A stretch of 64,000 nt of DNA from Octopus bimaculoides (GCF_001194135.2 NC_068989.1:10989205-11053204), one strand, 5' to 3'; counted from the stretch's first letter, positions 26,594 to 37,760 are shown. The notes: generated by a model not told the origin, from the sequence alone. Translations and numbers: made by a program.

Positions 26594-29500
26594 TACATGC
26601 ATGCATGCACACACAAATAGGTTCCAATACAGTTTCTATGTATCAAATAAGGCATTGGTTGACCAGGGCTATAGCAGAAGACCCAAGGTGGACCAAGGTG
26701 CTGCACAGAGGGACTAAACCCAAAACCATATAATTACAAAACAAGCTTCTTAACCACTCGACCATGTCTGCACTCACAGAAAAGTTTTTAATAAAAAATC
26801 GTTAATTATTAATTATAGAAGTTTTAATAAACTAACCATTGAAGCAAACCAAGACCATTAAATATAATTTCAGTAAAATTGGGGGTTTTCAGAAATAAAA
26901 AAGAAAAAGAAAAATTGCTAAAATATATATCTTTTCCCTCTTTTGTCAGATTAAATCCAATCTCATTTCCCATAATTATATGGCACCATATTTTTTTTAT
27001 TTTGTTTAGGACGGTGGAGTGGGGAGGGGGGAAAAATTATTCTCCATTAACCTTTGACCTTTGTATGAAAGCTTTTGAAGTGTGTTTGAGATATTTTTAT
27101 TCATATTTCATAAGCTTACAGCTGAAGAGTACAGCAAGCGATGATGACGATGACGGTGATGAGCATGACCGATGACAACTGTGGTGGTAGATGAGGATGA
27201 TGACGATGACGATGATGATGATGACAATGATGGTTTATAATATCATCATCTTCTGACAATAGCCGAGGTCAAATTTGTTAGATCTTTCTTTCTCAGTCTT
27301 TTAAGCAAGTGAAATTAGATGACATGGAAAACTAGAGGTGGTGGTCGTGGTGGGGAAAATGATTAGAGTACTTTGAAACAGAGAGGCTCTATGTGGTTGT
27401 TCCAATTACTAGAAATAGCAACCAAATCTCCTTCAAAAATATCTGAAGACACACCGAGCAGTGTACTTCAGGGTACAGCCATGATCATCATCATTTAGCA
27501 TCTGCAGTGTGCATGGAAAAAAAAAGAAAAAGACATGATGGTCACAGCTGGAAATGATTTTGTTTCTAAGTCAGTTTCATTAAGTGTCATCATCATCATC
27601 ATTTTACATCCATTTTTCATGCTGGCATGGGTTGGACGGTTCGACTGGGGTCTGGGAAGCTAGGAGGCTGCACCAAGCCCCAATCTGATCTAGCAGTGTT
27701 TCTACAGCTGGATGCCCTTCCTAACGCCAACCACTCCGAGAGTGTAGTGGGTGCTTTTTACGCACCACCGGCGCAAGGGGCCAGAGGAGCTGGCATTGAC
27801 CACAACTGGATGGTGCTTTTTATGTGTCACCGGCATGGAAGCCAGTCAAGGTGGCTCTGGCATCGGCCACGTTCAGATGGTGCTTTTTACGTGCTACCGG
27901 CACGGGGCTCACAACTACAATTTCCATTTGATTTTATTTTGATATTCCTGTTGATGTTGATGTACTTGATTCAATAGGTCTCCTCAAGTATGGTCGATAA
28001 AATAAGTACCAGTCAAGTACTGTGATCGATGTAAGAAATTGAGTTCGTCTTTCCATTAAAAACTACTGACCCTATTCCAAAATTTGAAACCATTATTTGG
28101 GGAAAATTATTAATATGTAAGTAATAATATATAACATGCTATTAATATTTGTTGTTGTTGGCACACCGTCGCTTACGACGTCCAGGGGTCCAGTTGATCC
28201 GATCAACGGAACAGCCTGCTCGTGAAATTAACGTGCAAGTGGCTGAGCACTCCACAGACACGTGTACGCTTAACGTAGTTCTCGGGGATATTCAGTGTGA
28301 CACAGTGTGACAAGGCTGACCCTTTGAATTACAGGTACAACAGAAACAGGAAGTAAGAGTAAGAGAAAGTTGTGGTGGAAGAGTACAGCAGGGTTCGCCA
28401 CCATCCCCTGCCGGAGCCTCGTGGATTTTTGGGTGTTTTCGCTCAATAAACACTCACAACGCCCGGTCTGGGTATCGAAACCACGATCCNNNNNNNNNNN
28501 NNNNNNNNNNNNNNNNNNNNNNNNNNNNNNNNNNNNNNNNNNNNNNNNNNNNNNNNNNNNNNNNNNNNNNNNNNTGATTAAAACAACTGAATACTCTTCA
28601 TCGGCAGAATCAAACATCCATTTGCTTTAAGCATATCATTTTTTTTTTTTTTTTTTATGCGCCCTTCTAAAGCCTAGCCAGGCTCATGGGCCCGGTTTCC
28701 CGGTTTCTTTGGCGTCTGTGTTCCCCCCAGCTTTACTCAAGAAACAGGAAGAAAGTGTGAGAGAAAGTTGAGGCGAAAGCGTGGAGCTTTAGGTGTTTTT
28801 CGCTCAATAAACACTCACAACACCCGGTCTGGGAATCGAAACCGCGATCTTCCGACACTAACCACTGGGCCATTGCGCCTCCACATTAATATTATATACT
28901 GGATCTTTATCAAGTAAACAATAACAGTCTGATATGTCAATCAGAGCAGCAAAAACATTCAAAGCACACACACACACCTTAAACAAAAATGCACACACAC
29001 AAAAGTGATCGGCATAACTACAGGGTTTTACCCCCCAGACTTTGGGAGGTCAATCATTCAATGTAATTTGTCCTCAGATGTGATCTTTTCAAAAGTTAAG
29101 AAATCAAGCTACACAGCATAATATTGTAAGGAGAGAAAAAAAATTGGAAATTGCAACAATTATTCCTTTTCCAAAGACGTGAATAAGGTAAATAAACTGA
29201 AGTTGAGCAGGAATATACGAGTACCTGCTATTTTTGTCCTACGGCAAACATCCTAGAAATTATGAGAATAGCTTATTCTCTTATAAAAAAAAACATATCG
29301 TTACAGGTATAATAAATTGTACATCAGTTATAGATTCAAGTAGTCAAAGTATAGAGAAAATGTTTTTACAAGGGAGTTAACTTTACGAAGGGAGACAACC
29401 GAGTATAACATGATCCTGAAGAGATATCTAAATCTTAACTTGCACCGGAACATCTTCAACATAGAAATACAGTGAATACCTCGCAGTACGAGTTTAATTT

Positions 29501-29822
29501 GTTCCATGACCGAGCTCGTCTTACGATTTACTCGTTTTACAAATTAGTTTTCCCCACTGAAATTATCTAAAATATAATTAATCCGTTCCAGCCTCTCCCC
29601 CAGCCCCCAAAAAAAAACCACTCAAAGATGTTTTTTGGGGCGTTTTAAAACAGAAAAGGTGTAGTTACAAGTTAAATGACAATTATAAAAAAAGAGAATG
29701 CAAACGAAATATGTAAACAGGTTTTATTAAGTAAATTACCTTAAAGATGGGACGATTTGTGTGCTCGTACTACGGATTTCCACTCGTACAATGGTGCACT
29801 CGTACTGCAAGGTACTACTCTG

Positions 29823-29853
<31 letters not shown>

Positions 29854-31165
29854 TGTTTGGTGTGATGTCTCTTTGCAACTGGTCAGCTACTGGGAAAGGC
29901 TGAAATAGCTAAGACTCTACTCCCTGGAGAGAAGACGGGAGAGGTATGCAGTTGGGGTGGATTGTGCATTAAAGGATATAATATAGTTCGAACTTTGTAT
30001 ATAGGACCCGAAGTTATTTTTTTGTTAAATTATTTTATGGAAAAAAAAAGTGCGTTTTATAAGCCATTATGTAAAGTAGTTTAAATATGTTAAGCTATCT
30101 CATTACTGTATCCAACACCATTCAACACAAAAGATAGTCGTAAATGAGTGTCACCGTCATACAAGCCGTGTCATTCATTTCCAATCTTCTGCAAAAACAT
30201 GTCTGGCCATGGGAAATATGACCCTCCCTGCCTGAAAAAGGTGAAGCTTAGCAACAGGAAGAGCATCCAGCCAGAGAAAATCTGCCTCAATAAACTCATC
30301 CAATCCATGCAAGCAAGTGGGCATTAAAACAATGATGACAAACTCTGTTGTGGTATGAATTCAGAATATATATATATATTTCTTTATTGCCCACAGGGGG
30401 CTAAACATACAGGGGACAAACAAGGACAGACAAACGGATTAAGTCGATTATATCGACTCCAGTGCGTAACTGGTACTTTATTTAATCGACCCCGAAAGGT
30501 TGAAAGGCAAAGTCGACCTCGGTGGAAATTGAACTCAGAACGTAACGGCAGACAAAATACCGCTAAGCATTTCGTCCGGCGTGCTAACGTTTCTTATTTC
30601 TTTATTGCCCACAAGGGGCTAAACACAGAGAGGACAAACAAGGACAGACAAAGGGATTAAGTGGATTACATCAACCCCAGTGCGTAACTGGTACTTATTT
30701 AATCGACCCTGAAAGGATGAAAGGCAAAGTCGACCTTGACGGAATTTGAACTCAGAACATAATGGCAGACAAAATACTGCTAAGCATTTCGCCCTGCATG
30801 CTACCAGTTCTGCCAGCTCGCCGCCAGAATATAAATATACACAACTAAAATCACAGGACATGTAGCTCGGCACTCTTCCGCCTCAGCCATTTCGACACTC
30901 TTTCGATATATAATTATAATACTCACGTTTCATTCTTGTCTGTATGTTCCTCCTTGTGAACTTTGTGTCCATAGCTACCACCGACAATGATCATTCCTGT
31001 GTCAGACTTCTTCACAGAGAACGGCAGCACCAAAACTGACATGGATTTCATGTAGAACTGTGAGTGGGCCGTGCCAGACATGTTACGCAGTTGTTGTGTC
31101 CAAAGCAGTTGCAAGTTTTCATCAAAACACAAAACCTGCCAGTGATCAGTTACTACGACGATAAC
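611..31165 (-). CDS. FG-GAP repeat-containing membrane protein, NERD1/At3g51050-like (spliced CDS, 5'-incomplete): join of 30927-31165, 16182-16317, 15178-15273, 9518-10026, 8743-8881, 6823-6963, 5925-6088, 611-746
   Basis: Eight exons bounded by AG/GT with matching phases, total 1560 nt in one open frame ending in TGA at 611-613. Motifs VIVVVTDHWQVLCFDENLQLLW, DTGMIIVGG, HFSTFALNGLDGAIRW, PHSWNNLRDT, PNAVIIYNQFGIEVLNLVSGR, VIGDFNNDGWKDII and a C-terminal hydrophobic helix are colinear with my recollection of Arabidopsis At3g51050; no database search was run. Confidence 0.85.
1828..2235 (+). repeat. (GA)-rich low-complexity tract
   Basis: Degenerate GA/GAGT repeats next to an N gap. Confidence 0.95.
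4443..4665 (+). mobile_element. SINE family 2 with Nin-like central domain
   Basis: gagctggcagaaacgttagcac...cctttcatcctttcggggtcgataaattaagtac...gggcaataaagaaata. Other copies near 5572-5795, 7178-7525, 13471-13700, 30370-30825 (tandem), 33222-33455, 43905-44255 (tandem), 54165-54358. Confidence 0.8.
5925..6088 (-). CDS. FG-GAP gene exon: DALVFAGWKRLTLLDLKEGTILASHSTPCHPTAPLVIGDFNNDGWKDIILTCKM
   Basis: Acceptor ttctttctgcag, donor GG|gtgagt; 164 nt, phase 0 to 2; contains an FG-GAP-type D-x-N-x-D-G-x-x-D loop. Confidence 0.92.
6823..6963 (-). CDS. FG-GAP gene exon: TQTSSSWFEEGRAALKDKVSDTERWTVYTKSFLPNYQSLSLQVYGTK
   Basis: Acceptor gatgtttacag, donor AAG|gtaaga; 141 nt, phase 0 to 0. Confidence 0.9.
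8139..8619. mobile_element. Penelope-type non-autonomous retroelement with tRNA-like head, (AAT)n and minimal hammerhead; two copies joined as an inverted repeat (copy A)
   Basis: Left arm 8139-8370 is the reverse complement of the right-arm body; 12-bp direct repeat TACACCCTACAA at 8127-8138 and 8620-8631; inside an FG-GAP gene intron. Confidence 0.75.
8519..8564 (+). ncRNA. Minimal type I hammerhead ribozyme motif (stem III carries a C-to-T change)
   Basis: GACAC-CTGATGA-A-GGCTG(gagggtatat)CAGCC-GAAA-TG-TT-GTGTT: stem I GACAC/GTGTT, stem II GGCTG/CAGCC, conserved cores; the inverted copy at about 8216-8261 retains GAAACGTT. Confidence 0.6.
8743..8881 (-). CDS. FG-GAP gene exon: VAKKSGILQHLMGHRLPTNKVAYDIVTVSSSGRVTSHSSDGVYQWQ
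   Basis: Acceptor tatatttgtag, donor CAG|gtaagg; 139 nt, phase 2 to 0. Confidence 0.9.
9518..10026 (-). CDS. FG-GAP gene exon: PHSWNNLRDTRFV...PNAVIIYNQFGIEVLNLVSGRPITRLSL...FLAPIVVK
   Basis: Inside ORF 9487-10080; acceptor ttatttcag, donor AG|gtttgt; 509 nt, phase 0 to 2. Confidence 0.92.
10473..10800 (+). mobile_element. Helentron-associated (HINE/DINE-like) non-autonomous element
   Basis: Starts AACAAGAGCACTCAGAG, subterminal acctccgcc, internal direct repeats, ends in (ACAA)n; second copy at 54380-54746. Confidence 0.5.
11709..11794 (-). ncRNA. Hammerhead-ribozyme-like motif of a second Penelope-like family
   Basis: Minus strand ATTCC-CTGAGGA-GAAG...CTTC-GAAA-CATAT-GTC-AGAAT: long stem II, palindromic stem III ACATATGT, GTC cleavage triplet; one C.A mismatch at the base of stem I. 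Confidence 0.55.
15178..15273 (-). CDS. FG-GAP gene exon: TGHHWKLALRKNGLHIGELGWDHYRTDLIQHL
   Basis: Acceptor atctttatag, donor TTG|gtaagt; 96 nt, phase 0 to 0. Confidence 0.88.
16182..16317 (-). CDS. FG-GAP gene exon: LSEPKSSEQQDTLTHFSTFALNGLDGAIRWHHLPGDFSGKRSEAK
   Basis: Acceptor ttttttattgcag, donor AAG|gtatgc; 136 nt, phase 2 to 0. Confidence 0.9.
19613..20239. repeat. Diverged tandem duplication (units start at 19613 and 19947)
   Basis: Two roughly 300-bp units containing a SINE fragment plus shared non-SINE flank, with scattered substitutions and indels. Confidence 0.85.
21525..21762 (-). mobile_element. tRNA-derived SINE family 5
   Basis: Minus-strand head ggaggtgtgtggcttagtggttagggtgttgg; shares ccggtttcccggtttc / cctagccaggctcatg with 28668-28882 and 60718-61000. 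Confidence 0.7.
22765..23342. mobile_element. Merlin-like MITE with nested inverted repeats and telomere-type core
   Basis: Perfect 37-bp TIR GGATCTTTTTTAAAACGGGGGCCACATTTTTCATTAA; 8-bp TSD AATTCTAA (22757-22764, 23343-23350); perfect inner 71-bp IR (22930-23000 / 23112-23182); (TAACCC)n-cgg-(TTAGGG)n at 23036-23103. Confidence 0.8.
23893..25030 (+). mobile_element. RTE-clade LINE 3' remnant (decayed reverse transcriptase and C-terminal region), internally deleted and split by a MITE
   Basis: VSKVRVGLEYSDEFNVQVRVHQGS; WLHKRCSG rejoined across the MITE; EVVDRFCY; QERRLRWFGHVMHM; RPRKTWDEAVRIDL, with stops and frameshifts. Confidence 0.85.
24021..24316. mobile_element. hAT-like MITE inserted in an RTE LINE remnant
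   Basis: 16-bp TIR CAGGGGTTTTCAAACT; 8-bp TSD GCATAAGA (24013-24020, 24317-24324). Confidence 0.85.
28160..28490. mobile_element. Interspersed repeat family 4
   Basis: ccagttgatccgatcaacggaacagcctgctcgtgaaattaacgtgcaagtggctgag...; near-identical blocks at about 42565-42760 and 62697-62885. Confidence 0.75.
29470..29822. mobile_element. Degraded pogo/Tigger-like MITE
   Basis: ta|cagtgaatacctcgcagtacgagt versus inverted actcgtactgcaaggtactactctg. Confidence 0.5.
30927..31165 (-). CDS. FG-GAP gene exon (first securely identified): VIVVVTDHWQVLCFDENLQLLWTQQ...DTGMIIVGGSYGHKVHKEEHTDKNE
   Basis: Acceptor gttacttttag, donor AC|gtgagt; 239 nt, phase 0 to 2. Confidence 0.9.
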
Positions 31166-34100
31166 CTAAAAGTAACAACAATAACAACATTAGAAATATT
31201 ACGGGAATATCCCTGATTCAAGAATGATTCAGGAATCATTATCATCATCAACATCATCGTCGTCGTTTATGTCCGCTTTTCATGCTGGCATGGGTTGGAC
31301 GGTTTGACTGAGAACTGACAAGCCAGGAGGCTGCACTAGGCTCCAATCTGATCCAGCTGTGGTAACCTTGCCAGATCAGATTGGAGCCTGGTGCAGCCTT
31401 CTGGCTTGTCAGTTCTCAGTCAAACCGTCCAACCCATGCCAGCATGGAAAGCAGACGTTAAACAATGNNNNNNNNNNCTTGTCAGTTCTCAGTCAAACCG
31501 TCCAACCCATGCCAGCATGGAAAGCAGACGTTAAACAATGAGGATGATGATGATGATGATTCTATGAATCTTCCTTGTTTCGAAATTCAAATTTATGTAT
31601 TTGTGGGATACCCTATAGTGGTAACGCTTAAGATGCTGAGTTCAATCTCTACTTGTGTTAATGTAGTGTGCTATTTAAAACAAAAAAAAAGCTAGACATA
31701 CACTTCTACTCACATAAGAAAGCTAGGCACGAGACGTTCCAGCTTGGCCATTTTGGTACCACATATTTGGTGTCGCTGATTCTACACTGACTTATCTGAC
31801 AGTGACGAGCACAGGTCTCCGTGGTTACGGTATTCAGTTCCCATCATAAAGTCATGAGTTCAGTTGACTGAGGACTGGCGAGCCAGATGGCTGCACCAGG
31901 CTCCAATCTGATTTGGCAGAGTTTCTACAGCTGGATGCCCTTCCTAACGCCAACCACTCCAAGAGTGTAGTGGGTGCTTTTATGTGCCACCGGGACGAAG
32001 GCCAGTCAGGCGGGTACTGGCAATGACTTATTCCAAAGAAATGTCATAGAAGTATTTTTGATACATCCAGTTGATGTGAAAAGGTGTAGAATTTAAAATA
32101 TTGAACCTACAACCTAACTACTTAGCCATGTACCTCCAAACACACGTACTAAACAGACTCTATGAAAGAATTAAACGCATCAAAAAAACAATGNNNNNNN
32201 NNNNNNNNNNNNNNNNNNNNNNNNNNNNNNNNNNNNNNNNNNNNNNNNNNNNNNNNNNNNNNNNNNNNNNNNNNNNNNNNNNNNNNNNNNNNNNNNNNNN
32301 NNNNNNNNNNNNNNNNNNNNNNNNNNNNNNNNNNNNNNNNNNNNNNNNNNNNNNNNNNNNNNNNNNNNNNNNNNNNNNNNNNNNNNNNNNNNNNNNNNNN
32401 NNNNNNNNNNNNNNNNNNNNNNNNNNNNNNNNNNNNNNNNNNNNNNNNNNNNNNNNNNNNNNNNNNNNNNNNNNNNNNNNNNNNNNNNNNNNNNNNNNNN
32501 NNNNNNNNNNNNNNNNNNNNNNNNNNNNNNNNNNNNNNNNNNNNNNNNNNNNNNNNNNNNNNNNNNNNNNNNNNNNNNNNNNNNNNNNNNNNNNNNNNNN
32601 NNNNNNNNNNNNNNNNNNNNNNNNNNNNNNNNNNNNNNNNNNNNNNNNNNNNNNNNNNNNNNNNNNNNNNNNNNNNNNNNNNNNNNNNNNNNNNNNNNNN
32701 NNNNNNNNNNNTTTGAGTTAGAAAAAGGAATAAAATGAGAATTAAGGCAAGCTTGTAACAATGCAGAAAGTCTTTTAAAAATATCTTTATATTTTGGGTA
32801 TAAAGGCCTTGTGCTAGTGTCATGTTAAAAGCGCCCAGCTCACTGTGTAAAGTGGTTGGCATTAGGAAGGGCATCCTGTCTCAGAAACCAAGCCAAATCA
32901 AATTGGAACTTGATGCAGCCTTCCTGCATGCCAGCCCTGGTCAAACTGTCCAACCCATGCCAGCAAGGACAACAGACGTTAAATGATGATGATAGGTCCA
33001 TCTTCAGAAGAATACAGTCAAAGAAATGTGTATTTACATGAATCCTCCCATTTTGGATAGTCTGGTGCTTGGTACCAAGGAAGGTAATATTTTCACATAG
33101 TTGGACATGTTTTCCATGGAAGACTGGAGATGAACACCATCACTTGTATAACAATGATGTTCATTTACAACCATCACATAATGTGAAGACAAAGGTACAC
33201 ACACATGGTTTCTTCCATTTCTTATTTCTTTACTGCCCACAAGGGGCTACACACAGAGGGGACAAACAAAGACAAACAAACGGATTAAGTCGATTATATC
33301 GACCTCAGTGCGTAACTGGTAGTTATTTAATCGACCCCGAAAGGATGAAAGGCAAAGTCGACCTCGGTGGAATTTGAACTCAGAACGTAAAGACAGACGA
33401 AATACCGCTAAGCATTTCGCCCAGCGTGCTAACGTTTCTGCCAGCTCGCCGCCTTTAGTTTCTTAACAGAAACCATTTCTTTAACAGAAACCATTTCTTT
33501 AACAGAAATGGTTTCTTCCATTTCTGTTAACCAAATCCACTCACAAGGCTTTAGGTAGCCCAGAACTATAGCAGTTTGGGAAGCAAACTTCATACCATAC
33601 AACCACGCCTACACACACGAGAGGAGAGAATACCTACTAGCTAAACACAAACGCACCCAATACACGCTGTTGTATGTGACATAGATAACTATTTAATTAA
33701 ACCCATATCATAAGATTCCGCTTAGGCGTATGAGTGGAGACCAACCTTTCTAATGCACAGACGAGGGTTGCTAGTGTCCATTTGCATACCTGCGTAAAAC
33801 AACTGTACATAACTCAATTATACACGTACGTACGTAGGTATGCATGCACAAACACTGAAATGAAAATGTCCCATAACCGTTAATGAAACGTTGAATCACC
33901 ACTGAAAGTTTCGACTTTATTTAGTGTACTTGATAAAGATTATTGCTCTGGTTGGAAATGGCAGGTTCGAAACTGACCGGTAATAAAGTCACAATTAATC
34001 TATGGTGGCCGATAATAAAGTCACAATTAATTTATGGGACCCGGACAAAACACCCCTATGACACACACATACACACCCAGGACAAAACCCCTGATATTCT

Positions 34101-34865
34101 TTTTCCTATGACTGTTTTTATCTCGATTCGGTTTGAAGAAAACATGCGGCGGATAGACTCAACCAGGAATTAAAACTGTATCCCAAAAGCTAACTTTAAC
34201 TGGATTACTTAAAACGTGTGATGGTTGTGTGAAGGTGGTGGTCGTTGTAGTGTGTGTGTGTCTAATAGTCATATTCTTAATCCAACTGGAAGTTATCAAC
34301 ATCTCAAGAATTGTGAGAGCAATGTATTTTGAAACATCGTTGCTTTGTCCTTTTCCAGTTCTGGGCGAGTATACCCATATTCGAAGGCGTTCCAGTTGTG
34401 TCCATTTTTAATTTTAAATATAATGTAACATTTTTGGCCTCAAAACTGTTAAAACACACAATTTCGTAAACTTCATGGAAAACATAATTTTCAGACCTAC
34501 CTTCACCGAAATCGAAATTTAAATGATGTGAGACGAATAAATATGTTTTCTTTGGTGATAGCAATCTTTCTATATCTTAAGCATGTTCACTGAAACATTC
34601 CTTCAGTAGTTTATTGGTTTTAATTTAAATTATAAACGAAACTAAGTAACACAATCTCTGTGAGATAGCATGGATGCGGCCATAATTAAACGGTGTCAGC
34701 TGAAAACAGTTCTCTTCTTCAAACATATTCCAGGCTTTATATCAGCGAGCTTCAGCGTAATCGTTCGACCTGCAAAAAATAGCAACCAACTCTCCCTCAG
34801 GTCACATTTTACCGTTTAAAAAGTAGGAAAGAGTGTTAAATAGTGTAGTTCTATATGCAGTATTT

Positions 34866-35120
34866 GGTACTACTAAAGCAGCGCGGACCCGAACGCGCAG
34901 CCGTGCAGTCGCGCGTCCGCGCTAGCTAGTCTTGAGTGGTCGATCCTAACCCTAACCCTATCCCTAACCCTAACCCTGTCCCTAACCCTAACCCTATCCC
35001 TAACCCTAACCCGCGTGTGCAAATGAATACGTGTTTAGGGTTAGGGTTAGGGTTAGGATCGACCACTCACGACTAGCTAGCGCGACTGCGCGTTCGGGTC
35101 CGCGCTGCTTTAGTAGTACC
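34866..35120. mobile_element. Merlin-like foldback MITE containing telomere-type repeats
   Basis: Perfect 35-bp TIR GGTACTACTAAAGCAGCGCGGACCCGAACGCGCAG; 8-bp TSD CAGTATTT (34858-34865, 35121-35128); inner (CCCTAA)-like array 34945-35012 and (TTAGGG)n 35035-35057. Superfamily inferred from GG termini and 8-bp TSD only. Confidence 0.8.
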
Positions 35121-36981
35121 CAGTATTTCGGGGAAACGAGACAATAATCTGGGTTTAACAACTAAAACAAACGATTAGCTATTTTTTTGCATGTCATAAA
35201 ATATTATTTAATTCTTCGTGCCATCTTAAGTCATTAAAAGACGCTTGAGCGTCAATCTCTCTGTTAGTTCATTTTAAAAATGTGTGTATTTATTATAAGA
35301 CGTCAACATGCCTGTATACATACATGCACACATGCATACAGGTGAGTGGACAAACGAAAGGAAATGGCACTCAACGTATTTGGTAGGGAGTACATATATT
35401 TTTAATGAGTGTAGGACAAAAGCCCCATAGTTAAAGTGTGCGAGTAGACAAAAGCCCCACGGTTATATTTTTCGATTTTCCATGGAGAAATATTTCTTTG
35501 CTTGGAAATAGATAAAATGCTGGAAACAGGAAGAGCGTCTGGCTATAGAAAATCTGTCTCAATAAGCTCCGTCCGACCCATGCAAGCATGGAAAAGGAGA
35601 CATAAAAATAAGGATGACGATGACTGATGAAGAGGTGCGTGAAAAAGAACATGATTTACAAAAGAAAAAATACGAGGAGGGAAATGAAAGACGAACAATT
35701 CTTAACATCGAAACAAATAAATCAATCATTTGTCGGGCATTCTACTAATTCTATAATCCAGCGTTCAAGACTGGATATTTTATTTATTTCTAACAAGAGG
35801 CAAACGTGTAGAAAGTTTCTAATTTGAGAAAATTTCTTGTGGTGTCTTCATTAAATGAAAAATAATTTTCTTTAAATGAAAAAATAATTCTATTTCAAAG
35901 GGTTTTTTTTTTCAAACCTTGCATATTATAAAATTTGCTTTGACTGCAATTAATCAAAATGTATTTTATAATAAATTTTGTTCTACTTTTAGTTTTAATT
36001 ACTCTTCAATCTTTGTCTTTCGTTAAAAAATTGCTTCAAAATAATCTTGAAGATAAACCTTGGTTATTTCCCCTTAGTCATTTGCAATTCATAAAACTAC
36101 GAGAGTTGCTTCCCTTGACATAGCAAATTTCAATTAATTTTAGTTTATCCATTTATTTTTCGTGTATAAATTATATTTGTTGAATTATCTAAAAGTTAAA
36201 ATTTCCGATCGTCTCTCTAGACAATATTATGAATAAGTTTTTTCTGTATTATATAGAATCGATGAAAATTATAAGACAAAAGTATAGCTAAACTTGATAA
36301 AAATATTGTAAGAATTCTTCCAAATGTTGGTTTATTTGATTGGAGATGAGGTGTGAGATATTGAGGTGAAATTATTTCCTGTGGATTAGTATCCTATCGA
36401 AAGACAAGGAGAAATAAAAACGAGGGTTCATAGTTTTCGTCAGTAGATATTTTGTAAAAGAATATCTAAGTTAATGTGTCACTAGGAGAGTTTGGTTCTG
36501 AGGTTTCAAGTCGTGACCTTTTTGTCATCTCACCAGCACACGAACTTCGTGTCTTTTCTGAATTTTATTATATGGGGAAAATATTTTTATTTCATTCAAT
36601 ACAGCTCCTGACACCAGCTACAGAAACCAAAGTTAGGAAATAGTTTATGGAGAAAAGCAATTTGTAAGGTTCCCAGAAAAAAATATCACTGGGAAAAAAG
36701 TCATAATTTTAACCAGGAAAGAAGTCCTATTTAATGTAAATACTATAAACGATTAAAGTGATAAAGCAAACAGATTTTTAATTAGCTTTTAATTGACAGT
36801 ACGTAACTTCTACGAAATTTACATACAATGGCATTACACATATGTGAAAAACACCTTTTGGTCAATTTTTTAAGCAAAGTAGACAATGGAACAAAAAAAT
36901 TAAGTTAGGACTTTATTGACAATACATCAGTTCATGACACGTACAGATCGAAAACATCTTTCAATACTATCGAGGCATTAC

Positions 36982-37117
36982 CTGTATATTTAGTATTTTT
37001 AGTGCTGATTGCTAAAACGAATATCCCAACCGATGCCACAAAGAAACTTTGCCATATTCTTGTGGTTTTTTCGTTGAGCAACTCACAAGTTATGAAGATG
37101 TTCTTGTTGCGACACAT
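36982..37117 (-). CDS. Candidate first coding exon of the FG-GAP gene (signal-anchor-like): MCRNKNIFITCELLNEKTTRIWQSFFVASVGIFVLAISTKNTKYT
   Basis: ATG-initiated, hydrophobic stretch FFVASVGIFVLAIS, donor CAG|gtaatg (phase 1), located in a repeat-poor CpG-retaining region; not linked to the downstream exons by any recognisable homology. Confidence 0.3.
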
Positions 37118-37668
37118 AGCATTGAATAATTCTTCCTTGATTTTTTTCTGCGACTTTTTTTTTTCCTGAATAAGTTTATAAAAGCACCAAAGAACGGTTG
37201 CTGTATTTATGCGTGTTTAAAAGTCACATTATTTTATACTTGATTTTTAAGTGTTAAAAAAAAAATAATAGATTGCGACTTACACGTGGAACAAAGTTAA
37301 ATATAGGAAGGAAAATAAAAATTGTCCAGATTTAGCCCTAAATCAAGGATGAGGCTTTTATACGAATAACTAAGGTGTTTTTTACTGTTGGAAGAGATGA
37401 CCTGTAACACACACATTGTTGACGAAAAGGACGGGCGACAATGACAACGATGAATGGGATAATTATTAGGAAGATTTTAGTGTGTAGATAGATATTATAC
37501 GGTTTACTACTTGCTAGATCCTATTTTTTTACCACAAGAACGTGTGCGTGTGTGAATTCACCTTCATTTTTATGTATGCTTTCAATGCTGACAAGGATTA
37601 GGAGGATCATCATGATGCAAGTCAGCCCCTATTTGAAGTTACTATCATCATAGACTGGTTTCAGAGGA

Positions 37669-37760
37669 GGTAAAGACTACGTACACCCACCGTTTTTGGC
37701 GCAATAAGGACCCTAACCCTGAAACCTAACCCTAAACACCGGGTGTGCGTATTCTTTACT
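37669..37760. mobile_element. Second, degraded copy of the GGTAA-terminated MITE family (CCCTAA-like repeats inside)
   Basis: ggtaaagactacgtacaccc ... gggtgtgcgtattctttact, 17 of 20 complementary; no TSD. Confidence 0.5.

Noticed and set aside
33466-33531. 18-bp tandem repeat followed by an inverted copy
   Set aside because: Local slippage at a SINE junction; no evidence of function
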